Source: Dickeya solani IPO 2222 | GTDB taxonomy: Bacteria; Pseudomonadota; Gammaproteobacteria; Enterobacterales; Enterobacteriaceae | DNA length: 32,000 nt | Direction: 5' to 3' | NCBI RefSeq assembly: GCF_001644705.1 | Contig: NZ_CP015137.1 | Span: 2,220,001-2,252,000, forward strand | Shown: in pieces, positions 24,842 to 32,000 of the stretch | Position numbering within the stretch: the stretch's first letter is position 1 | Layout of the letters: each line of letters starts with the position of its first letter | Notes under the pieces: generated by a model | Seen by the model: only the letters and a program-made list of their open reading frames with translations | Databases searched by the model: none | What the model was told of the DNA's origin: nothing | Position numbers and translations under genes: made by a program

Positions 24842-24950
24842 CGTGGCATAGGCCGGTTTGTCGGCGCGCTTTATTGCGCGATTACAAGCGTTTATGCCGT
24901 AATCGTCCCGGCTAACAATAAATCGGTCTAAGCTATGCCTGGCCTGACCA

Positions 24951-25805
24951 TCATGCCCGCAACCGCTGCGGGTGGGTATAGATGGTGGCGCGACCGGGAC
25001 GGCAGAAACCGACCAGCGTCAGATTGCAGCGCTCGGCCACTTCTACCGCCAGCGAGGTGGCGGCTGAAACCGCAAACAGAATTTCTACCCCGCACATGGC
25101 GGATTTTTGCACCATTTCATAGCTGGCTCGGCTGGATACCAGCGCCGCCCCCTGCTGCCAGGGCTGACGCGCCCGCGTTCCCAGCAGTTTGTCCAGCGCC
25201 ACATGGCGACCAACGTCCTCGCAGCCGCCCAACAGTTCCCCTTCTGGCGACAGCCAGGCCGCCGCGTGGGTTGAACCGGTCAGCGCGCCTGCCTGTTGTA
25301 CGCTGTTCAGCGCCTGCAACGCTTGCTCCAGACGGGACAGCGAGAAGTGCTGGGTGAACGGCAGCGGCGATACCGGTTTGCCGATTTCTTCCAGTTGCTC
25401 CACCCCGCAGACCCCGCAGCCGGTCCGTCCGTCCATCGCTCGCCGGCGTGCTTTCAACCCGGCAAAACGGCGGCTGGACAGCTCGATCTGCACTTCGATG
25501 CCGTTGCATACCGGCACGACGTCAATGCCGTAGATGTCCTGAGGCGACTGGATGATGCCTTCCGACAGGGAAAAACCGAGCGCAAACGGCTCCAGATCTT
25601 TTGGCGACGCCATCATCACTACGTGCGAAATACCGTTATAGACCAGCGCCACCGGCACCTCTTCCGCCAGCCAGTCCTGCCGCGGCGCATCCAGTTCACC
25701 CTGATGCCAGACGGTGCGCTGGCAAGCGCCGGCTATCAATCTCTCTGCGAGGCCCTGAGAATCATCATTGTTCACTGTGTTGTGCCCGCTGTTGCGTGAA
25801 TCCAT
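24951..25805 (-). CDS. fdhD: Formate dehydrogenase accessory sulfurtransferase FdhD
   Basis: The 284-aa protein contains [38 protein letters not shown] and [28 protein letters not shown], matching E. coli FdhD. Confidence 0.95.
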   Translation of the reverse strand: MDSRNSGHNTVNNDDSQGLAERLIAGACQRTVWHQGELDAPRQDWLAEEVPVALVYNGISHVVMMASPKDLEPFALGFSLSEGIIQSPQDIYGIDVVPVCNGIEVQIELSSRRFAGLKARRRAMDGRTGCGVCGVEQLEEIGKPVSPLPFTQHFSLSRLEQALQALNSVQQAGALTGSTHAAAWLSPEGELLGGCEDVGRHVALDKLLGTRARQPWQQGAALVSSRASYEMVQKSAMCGVEILFAVSAATSLAVEVAERCNLTLVGFCRPGRATIYTHPQRLRA

Positions 25806-26141
25806 TCTGACATTATTTCACCGCCGTAGCGGGGATGCGAATTTTTATCCCGTCAGTTTCTATCCACACCCTACGTAAAAAAGATATGGCCTTGAGGTGG
25901 GAATAACAAACTGTGCGCTGCGTCGAAGAGTGGTGTTTTTCCCTGCGGTAGACCTTTTACAATCTGGTAACACTGTATACGATTTAATCATTACTTTCTG
26001 TGAGGACTTATCAGCCAGACAGGGCTTTTCATTCCTGCCGGTTTTGCCCTGGCAGGTTCTGGCTGCCGCGGCGCAGGGGGCACCGGCATGACGTCGGGTA
26101 TCCGCCTGCGATGACACCCTGTAGCACCAAAGGAGACAGAC

Positions 26142-27680
26142 ATGGCTATCGATACTGCAGGAAACCGGGTGTTGCCCGGTGAATACGGACCCGCCCTCAC
26201 GCTGAAAAAGCGCTACGACAACTTTATCGGCGGCGCGTGGGTGCCGCCATCCAGCGACGAATACTACGTTAACCTGACGCCGGTGACCGGCCAGCCGCTG
26301 TGCGAAGTCGCCAGTTCGAACAACCGCGACGTCGAACATGCGCTGGATGCGGCTCACAAGGCCAGCGCGGAATGGGGAGCGCTATCCACCCGCGAACGAG
26401 CGCAGATCCTCAACCAGATAGCCGATCGCATGGAGGCCAATCTGGATCTGCTGGCCAGCGCGGAAACATGGGATAACGGGAAACCGATCCGGGAAACGCG
26501 CAATGCCGATGTGCCGCTGGGCATCGATCATTTCCGCTACTTTGCCGCCTGTATTCGCGCGCAGGAAGGGTCGATCAGCGAAATCGACCACGATACTGTC
26601 GCCTACCATTTCCACGAACCGCTGGGCGTGGTCGGGCAGATTATTCCCTGGAACTTTCCGCTGTTGATGGCGTGCTGGAAACTGGCGCCGGCGTTGGCGG
26701 CGGGTAACTGCATCGTGCTGAAGCCCGCCAAGCTGACGCCACTGTCGGTGCTGTTGCTGATGGAGCTGATTCAGGATGTGCTGCCGCCGGGCGTGCTGAA
26801 TGTGGTTAACGGCGCGGGCGGGCAGATCGGCGAGTATCTGGCGACGTCGCCGCGTATCGCCAAGGTGGCCTTCACCGGCTCGACTGAAGTCGGCCAGCAG
26901 ATCATGGGTTATGCGGCGCAGAACGTCATTCCGGTCACGCTGGAGCTGGGCGGCAAATCGCCGAATATCTTCTTTGCCGACGTGATGGATCAGGAAGACA
27001 GCTTCTTTGACAAGGTGCTGGAAGGGTTCGCGCTGTTTGCTTTTAATCAGGGCGAGGTGTGTACCTGCCCGAGCCGGGCGTTGATTCAGGAGTCGATTTA
27101 CGAACGGTTCATGGAGCGCGCCATCAAACGGGTGGAATCCATCCGGGTGGGCAATCCGCTCGACAGTCAAACCATGATGGGCGCGCAGGTATCGGCGGGG
27201 CAACTGGATACCATCCTCAATTACATCGATATCGGTAAGAAAGAGGGGGCGCAGGTGCTGACCGGCGGACATCGCAAAGTGCTACCGGGGGAACTGGCGC
27301 AAGGTTACTACCTGGAGCCGACCATTCTGTTCGGCCAGAACAGCATGCGGGTGTTTCAGGAGGAGATCTTCGGGCCGGTGCTGGCGGTAACCACCTTTAA
27401 AACGCCGGAGGAGGCGCTGGCGATTGCCAACGATACCCCTTACGGTCTGGGTGCCGGGGTATGGAGCCGCAACGCCAACATCGCCTACCGCATGGGGCGC
27501 GGCATCCAGGCTGGCCGCGTCTGGACCAACTGTTACCATGCCTACCCGGCGCATGCGGCGTTCGGCGGCTATAAACAGTCCGGTATCGGGCGTGAAACCC
27601 ACAAGATGATGCTGGAGCACTATCAGCAGACCAAGTGCCTGCTGGTGAGTTACTCCGAGAAACCGATGGGGCTGTTCTGA
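26142..27680 (+). CDS. aldB: NAD(P)-dependent aldehyde dehydrogenase, AldB-like
   Basis: The protein is 512 aa, the same length as E. coli AldB. Long conserved stretches include [58 protein letters not shown] and [19 protein letters not shown]. An AAAGGAG Shine-Dalgarno sequence precedes the start. Confidence 0.92.
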   Translation: MAIDTAGNRVLPGEYGPALTLKKRYDNFIGGAWVPPSSDEYYVNLTPVTGQPLCEVASSNNRDVEHALDAAHKASAEWGALSTRERAQILNQIADRMEANLDLLASAETWDNGKPIRETRNADVPLGIDHFRYFAACIRAQEGSISEIDHDTVAYHFHEPLGVVGQIIPWNFPLLMACWKLAPALAAGNCIVLKPAKLTPLSVLLLMELIQDVLPPGVLNVVNGAGGQIGEYLATSPRIAKVAFTGSTEVGQQIMGYAAQNVIPVTLELGGKSPNIFFADVMDQEDSFFDKVLEGFALFAFNQGEVCTCPSRALIQESIYERFMERAIKRVESIRVGNPLDSQTMMGAQVSAGQLDTILNYIDIGKKEGAQVLTGGHRKVLPGELAQGYYLEPTILFGQNSMRVFQEEIFGPVLAVTTFKTPEEALAIANDTPYGLGAGVWSRNANIAYRMGRGIQAGRVWTNCYHAYPAHAAFGGYKQSGIGRETHKMMLEHYQQTKCLLVSYSEKPMGLF

Positions 27681-27699
27681 GCCAGTCGTTTGTCAGGAG

Positions 27700-27728
27700 A
27701 GGGCCGCTTTTGCGGCCCTTTCTTTTTT
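27700..27728 (+). terminator. Rho-independent terminator of aldB
   Basis: AGGGCCGC-TTTT-GCGGCCCT is followed by TTCTTTTTT. Confidence 0.85.
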
Positions 27729-27774
27729 GCTAACGTTTTGTTTGCTCATACTTTGCCATCGGCAGGTGCCGGCA

Positions 27775-29235
27775 TCAGGTCATCAGCGGGCTGAGTTGCT
27801 GGTAGAGCTGGCGGAACACCGTGCGCTGTTGCGCGTACTGCGCGTGACGTGTCGGGTCTGGCTGGTGGGTGTGTTCCAGCGGTAAAGCCGGCAGCAACTG
27901 TGCCAGCGGCGTCGCCGGATTCAGCGCAATTTGCGCCAGCCGCGCCGCGCCCAGCGCCGGGCCGACATCGCCGCCGGTGCGGTATTCCAGCGTCTTGCCG
28001 CTGATATCCGCCAGCATCTGCCGCCAGTAGGCGCTGCGGGCACCGCCGCCGATCAGCGTTACCTGCCGGGGTTCCAGTCCGGTTGAGTGTAACGCGTCCA
28101 TGCCGTCTGCCAGCGCAAACCCCACCCCCTCCAGCACCGCGCGCGCCAACGCCGCACGACCGTGCGAGTGGGTCAGCCCCCAGAAGGCGCCTTTGGCCTG
28201 CGGATTGTTGTGCGGCGTGCGCTCGCCGGACAAGTAGGGTAGGAACCACACCGGCGTGGCGGTTTCTTCCGCGCTTGCCTGTGCGGCTTCGGCGATCAGC
28301 GCCGCCACGCTGTCGGCGTGGGTTAACCGGGCGGTCCAGTCGAGACAAGACGCCGCGCTCAGCATGACGGACATCAGATGCCAGCTGTTGGGCAACGCAT
28401 GGCAAAAGCTGTGAACGGCGCGCTGGGGGTTGCTGAGAAAACCGTCGCTGACCGCGAAGTATACGCCGGACGTACCGAGCGATAGCATGGCCTGGCCGGC
28501 CTGATACAGCCCGACGCCGATGGCGCCGGCAGCGTTGTCGCCGCCGCCGGCCACCACCGGCACCGGCGGCATACCCCAGCGGGCGGCGATGTCGGCGTGC
28601 AGTTGTCCGGTAATCTGGTTGCCTTCGAATAGCGCGGGCATCTGGTCGCGGCTCAGCCCGCAGGCATCAAGCAAATCATCATTCCAGTCTCGTCGGGCGA
28701 CATCCATCCACAGCGTGCCCGCCGCGTCCGACATGTCGCTGGCAAAATCGCCGGTCAGGCGCCAGCGCAGGTAATCCTTTGGCAACAGTACCTTGTCGAT
28801 TTGCCGGAAAATATCCGGCTCATGCTGCTGCACCCACTTTAGCTTCGGGGCGGTAAAGCCGGGCATCATCAGGTTGCCGGTAATGCGGCGGGCGTCCGGC
28901 ACCTGTTGCTCCAGTTGCTGGCATTGCGCGGCGCTGCGCCCGTCGTTCCACAGAATGGCCGGCCGCAACACCCGTTGCTTCGCATCCAGCAGCGTCGCGC
29001 CGTGCATCTGGCCGGTTAGCCCGATGGCTCGCACGCCCTGCAACGCCTGTTGCGCGGCCAACCCGGTCAGGGCGGCGTCGGTTGCCTGCCACCACTGTTC
29101 CGGGTCCTGTTCCGACCATAACGGGTGTGGGCGTGAGACGCTCAGCGGCACGCTGTGGCTGGCCGCCACGTCGCCGTTTTCCCGTAATAAGATGGCTTTC
29201 ACGCCCGATGTGCCAAGATCGATGCCGATGTACAT
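27775..29235 (-). CDS. xylB: Xylulokinase
   Basis: The 486-aa protein contains MYIGIDLGTSGVKAILL..., SRPHPLWSEQDPEQWWQATD and FLPYLSGERTPHNNPQAKG, collinear with E. coli XylB. Confidence 0.96.
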   Translation of the reverse strand: MYIGIDLGTSGVKAILLRENGDVAASHSVPLSVSRPHPLWSEQDPEQWWQATDAALTGLAAQQALQGVRAIGLTGQMHGATLLDAKQRVLRPAILWNDGRSAAQCQQLEQQVPDARRITGNLMMPGFTAPKLKWVQQHEPDIFRQIDKVLLPKDYLRWRLTGDFASDMSDAAGTLWMDVARRDWNDDLLDACGLSRDQMPALFEGNQITGQLHADIAARWGMPPVPVVAGGGDNAAGAIGVGLYQAGQAMLSLGTSGVYFAVSDGFLSNPQRAVHSFCHALPNSWHLMSVMLSAASCLDWTARLTHADSVAALIAEAAQASAEETATPVWFLPYLSGERTPHNNPQAKGAFWGLTHSHGRAALARAVLEGVGFALADGMDALHSTGLEPRQVTLIGGGARSAYWRQMLADISGKTLEYRTGGDVGPALGAARLAQIALNPATPLAQLLPALPLEHTHQPDPTRHAQYAQQRTVFRQLYQQLSPLMT

Positions 29236-29362
29236 AACGCCTCGCTGTGACTTCTGTGCTGTTATCAGGATATCAGGCTGTGTTGCTTAATTACGTTGTG
29301 CCGCTGGCGCAGACCCCAAAACCGTTTTCTGCGTGGGTGGCGTTGCGCCAGCCTACATCCAT

Positions 29363-30682
29363 TCAACCGAACAGGTAGCGATTGACCAGATTTTCCAGCC
29401 GTTCCTGCTGCCCGCTGTGGTGTTGTGGGTCAAGCTGTTGACGGGCGGCGTAACCTGCCAGCATCTCCAGCGACGCGTTGCCTTGCAGGATCTGCTGCCC
29501 CAGTTCGCTGTTCCAGCCGGCGTAGCGGTTGGCGACGTGCTGGTTCAGTTCGCCGTCTTCCAGCATGCGGACCGCCACCTTGAGCGACAGCGCCAGCGTG
29601 TCCATCGCGCCGATATGGGCGTGGAACAAGTCGTAGCGATCGGTGCTCTGGCGGCGGACCTTGGCGTCGAAATTGAGGCCGCCGGTGGTGAACCCGCCCG
29701 CTTTCAGGATTTCATAGAGCACCAGCGCGTTTTCCTCCACGCTGTTGGGGAACTGGTCGGTATCCCAGCCAAGCTGCGGGTCGCCGCGGTTGGCGTCTAC
29801 CGAACCGAAGATGCCGAGCGCGATCGCGGTGGCGATCTCGTGATGGAACGTATGCCCCGCCAGCGTGGCGTGGTTGGCTTCGATATTGACCTTGATTTCC
29901 TTCTCCAGCCCGAACTGTTTGAGGAAGCCGTAGACGGTGGCGACATCGTAGTCGTACTGGTGTTTGGTCGGCTCCTGCGGTTTAGGTTCGATCAGCAGCG
30001 TGCCGTTGAAACCGATCTTATGTTTGTGTTCCACCACCATCTGCATGAAGCGCCCAATCTGTTCGCGTTCCTGGCGCAGGTCGGTATTGAGCAGGGTTTC
30101 GTAACCTTCGCGACCGCCCCACAGCACATAGTTCTCACCGCCCAGCGTTTTGGTGGCGTTCATGGCGGTGAACACTTGCGTGGCGGCCCAGGCGAATACC
30201 TCCGGGTCGGGATTGGTGGCGGCGCCGGCGGCATAACGCGGATTCGTGAAACAGTTGGCGGTGCCCCACAGCAGCTTCACGCCGGTTTCCTGCTGTTTAG
30301 CCGCCAGAATCTCGGTCACGGCGGCGAAGTTGTTCAGGTATTCTTGCAACGAACCCCCTTCCGGCGCGACGTCGACATCGTGGAAGCAGTAATAGGGCGC
30401 GCCCAGTTTATTAAGGAATTCGAAGGCGATATCGGCTTTGCGTTTCGCCAGCGCCAGCGCGTCGCCGGACTGCTGCCAGGGCCGGGCGAAGGCGCCGGCG
30501 CCGAACATGTCGGAACCGTTCCAGCAGAAGGTGTGCCAGTAACAGACGGCAAAACGCAAATGGTCGGCCATGCGCTTGCCGAGGATTACCTCGTCAGGGT
30601 TGTAATGGCGGAAGGCAAACGGATTGCGGCTGCCCTGACCTTCAAAGCGAACTTTTTCTATCTGATCAAAATAAGCGTGCAT
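29363..30682 (-). CDS. xylA: Xylose isomerase
   Basis: The start is at 30682 ([15 protein letters not shown]...), with an AGGAG Shine-Dalgarno sequence. At 439 aa it is highly similar to E. coli XylA ([29 protein letters not shown]). The 26-codon N-terminal extension in the ORF track was rejected. Confidence 0.97.
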   Translation of the reverse strand: MHAYFDQIEKVRFEGQGSRNPFAFRHYNPDEVILGKRMADHLRFAVCYWHTFCWNGSDMFGAGAFARPWQQSGDALALAKRKADIAFEFLNKLGAPYYCFHDVDVAPEGGSLQEYLNNFAAVTEILAAKQQETGVKLLWGTANCFTNPRYAAGAATNPDPEVFAWAATQVFTAMNATKTLGGENYVLWGGREGYETLLNTDLRQEREQIGRFMQMVVEHKHKIGFNGTLLIEPKPQEPTKHQYDYDVATVYGFLKQFGLEKEIKVNIEANHATLAGHTFHHEIATAIALGIFGSVDANRGDPQLGWDTDQFPNSVEENALVLYEILKAGGFTTGGLNFDAKVRRQSTDRYDLFHAHIGAMDTLALSLKVAVRMLEDGELNQHVANRYAGWNSELGQQILQGNASLEMLAGYAARQQLDPQHHSGQQERLENLVNRYLFG

Positions 30683-30759
30683 TGTTATCTCCTTGCAAAC
30701 CACCGGAATGGCTGTTTTCAGCCTTGTTTCAATATTCCGTTTGCCTGCCGGTTTCCTCA

Positions 30760-30815
30760 ATTACGTTATTTCACACTGAAATTCAGATAATTATTAAATG
30801 TGCGCTCGATCGCAA
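30760..30815. promoter_or_regulatory. xylA promoter-proximal control region with a CRP-like site (TGTGC-GCTCGA-TCGCA at 30799-30814)
   Basis: The minus strand reads TTGCGATCGAGCGCACATTTAATAATTATCTGAATTTCAGTGTGAAATAACGTAATTGAG. This resembles the E. coli xylA upstream region as I remember it (TGCGAGCGAGCGCACA...CAGTGTGAAATAAC.TAATTGAG). The roles of XylR and CRP there are established for E. coli. The exact site boundaries here are inferred. Confidence 0.4.
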
Positions 30816-31048
30816 AAAATAACCGGAATAATCTGCAAAACCGCTCGCAACTGGCTGTGTTATGAAATGGGTTAACAAGGTGAAAATATGACCGCTATCA
30901 AAAAATAACAATTAAACCAAAAAACGTAAGTCAGAGATAAAAATCAGCAATTGCTGACCCTGACTTTTCTTGTCAACAATTTCATGCAACGTAGCCGTAA
31001 GTGAAGTGACGTTTTTATCCTGCCTTCCTATAACAAAGGTACTCTACG

Positions 31049-32000
31049 ATGAAAATGAAACACGTATTACTGTCAGCCTGTGCCGCGCTTGCCATGCTGA
31101 GTCAGCCGGGGTTTGCCAAAGAGGTTAAAATCGGCATGGCTATCGACGACCTGCGTCTCGAACGCTGGCAGAAGGATCGGGATATTTTTGTGAAGAACGC
31201 CGAAGCAAAAGGGGCGAAGGTGTTTGTGCAGTCCGCCAACGGCAATGAAGAAACGCAAATATCCCAGATAGAAAATATGATTAACCGCGGCGTCGATGTG
31301 CTGGTGATTATCCCTTATAACGGTCAGGTTTTAAGTAACGTGATTGCCGAAGCCAAACGTGAAGGAATAAAAGTACTGGCTTATGACCGTATGATTAATA
31401 ATGCGGATATCGATTTTTACATTTCGTTTGATAATGAAAAAGTCGGAGAGCTTCAGGCACAATATCTGATCAACAAGGTGCCGCAGGGCAGTTATTTTCT
31501 GATGGGTGGCTCACCGGTTGATAATAACGCCAAGCTGTTCCGTCAGGGCCAGATGAAAGTATTAAAACCGTTAATTGATAGCGGCAAGATCAAGGTGGCG
31601 GGCGACCAGTGGGTGGATGCCTGGCTGCCGGAAAATGCGCTGAAAATCATGGAAAACGCGCTGACCGCCAACAACAACAAGATTGATGCGGTAGTGGCGT
31701 CGAACGACGCGACCGCGGGCGGTGCGATTCAGGCGCTCTCCGCCCAGGGGTTGGCCGGCAAGGTGGCGATCTCCGGTCAGGACGCCGATCTGGCGGCCAT
31801 CAAACGGATCGTGGCCGGCACCCAGACCATGACCGTGTACAAACCCATCAGCAAACTGGCGCAGGACGCGGCGAATATCGCGGTGTCGCTGGGGCAGGGG
31901 GAAAAACCGGAGTCCAACGCCACGCTCAATAACGGCAAGAAAGACGTACCCGCCTTCCTGCTGACGCCGATCCCGGTCGACAAGACGAATATCGACAGCA
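31049..32000 (+). CDS. xylF: D-xylose ABC transporter periplasmic binding protein (C-terminus beyond window end)
   Basis: The ATG at 31049 has AAGG upstream. The protein begins MKMKHVLLSACAALAMLSQPGFA/KEVKIGMAIDDLRLERWQKDRDIFVK...VFVQSANGNEETQ..IENMINRGVDVLVIIPYNGQVLSNV, matching E. coli XylF. The frame stays open to position 32000. Confidence 0.95.
   Translation, partial: MKMKHVLLSACAALAMLSQPGFAKEVKIGMAIDDLRLERWQKDRDIFVKNAEAKGAKVFVQSANGNEETQISQIENMINRGVDVLVIIPYNGQVLSNVIAEAKREGIKVLAYDRMINNADIDFYISFDNEKVGELQAQYLINKVPQGSYFLMGGSPVDNNAKLFRQGQMKVLKPLIDSGKIKVAGDQWVDAWLPENALKIMENALTANNNKIDAVVASNDATAGGAIQALSAQGLAGKVAISGQDADLAAIKRIVAGTQTMTVYKPISKLAQDAANIAVSLGQGEKPESNATLNNGKKDVPAFLLTPIPVDKTNIDS

Noticed and set aside
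26382-27272. 296-aa minus-strand ORF antisense to aldB
   Set aside because: This is a shadow ORF opposite a clearly conserved aldehyde dehydrogenase.
29333-30790. 485-aa ORF on the plus strand spanning the whole of xylA in antisense
   Set aside because: This is a shadow ORF typical of GC-rich coding DNA. The opposite-strand product is an unmistakable xylose isomerase, and the antisense product is low-complexity (rich in G, A, V, R) with no recognisable motifs.
1-32000. Search for mobile elements, prophage, defence islands, toxin-antitoxin pairs or CRISPR-Cas
   Set aside because: I saw no integrase, transposase, recombinase, nuclease/helicase defence signatures, small adjacent TA-like gene pairs, tRNA attachment sites or long terminal inverted repeats. 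The only mobile-type sequence is the non-autonomous ERIC repeat.

Overview
The window looks like chromosomal DNA from a fairly GC-rich enterobacterium. A soft-rot Dickeya/Pectobacteriaceae-type genome is my guess, based only on protein similarity to E. coli K-12 orthologues I remember, an ERIC repeat and the chemoreceptor content. All calls come from reading the sequence and ORF track; no searches were run.

Gene order:
- 1-8063: an uncharacterised sugar module. It has a partial MalK-like ABC ATPase, two divergent ROK/HTH paralogues, a cytoplasmic GDE_C-type (alpha/alpha)6 glycosidase, a solute-binding protein and two permeases.
- 8214-16128, minus strand: a six-gene operon conventionally annotated as urea carboxylase. 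It encodes a NitT/TauT-type ABC importer, two DUF1989 proteins and a 1197-aa biotin carboxylase. A clear guanidine-I (ykkC) riboswitch with a terminator expression platform precedes it, so it is better read as a guanidine uptake and carboxylase-pathway operon.
- 16688-17398: a YiaF/DUF3053-like lipoprotein.
- 17898-21721: mtlA-mtlD-mtlR, behind an array of four CRP sites.
- 21822-23708: a methyl-accepting chemotaxis protein with a near-consensus FliA (sigma28) promoter.
- 24098-27680: sodA (with an ERIC element in its 3' UTR and a Fur-box promoter), fdhD and aldB.
- 27775-32000: xylB-xylA, then divergent xylF (partial).

Most interesting non-obvious signals:
- A near-consensus sigma54 -24/-12 element (TGGCAAG-N4-TTGCT) lies about 50 nt upstream of the riboswitch. 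An AT-rich tract, a 19-bp palindrome and four 19-bp tandem repeats sit at enhancer distance. This suggests two-layer control: nitrogen/enhancer-binding-protein control plus the guanidine riboswitch.
- No allophanate hydrolase gene is present in the operon.
- A 15-bp x5 tandem array overlaps the carboxylase stop codon.
- Both ROK proteins lack the family's cysteine zinc motif, and an AT-rich operator-like motif (ATTTAGTT/AACTAAAT) is shared across the sugar module.

I found no integrase, transposase, CRISPR, toxin-antitoxin or obvious defence genes. The 'novel system' candidates are therefore regulatory and metabolic, and they are hypotheses.
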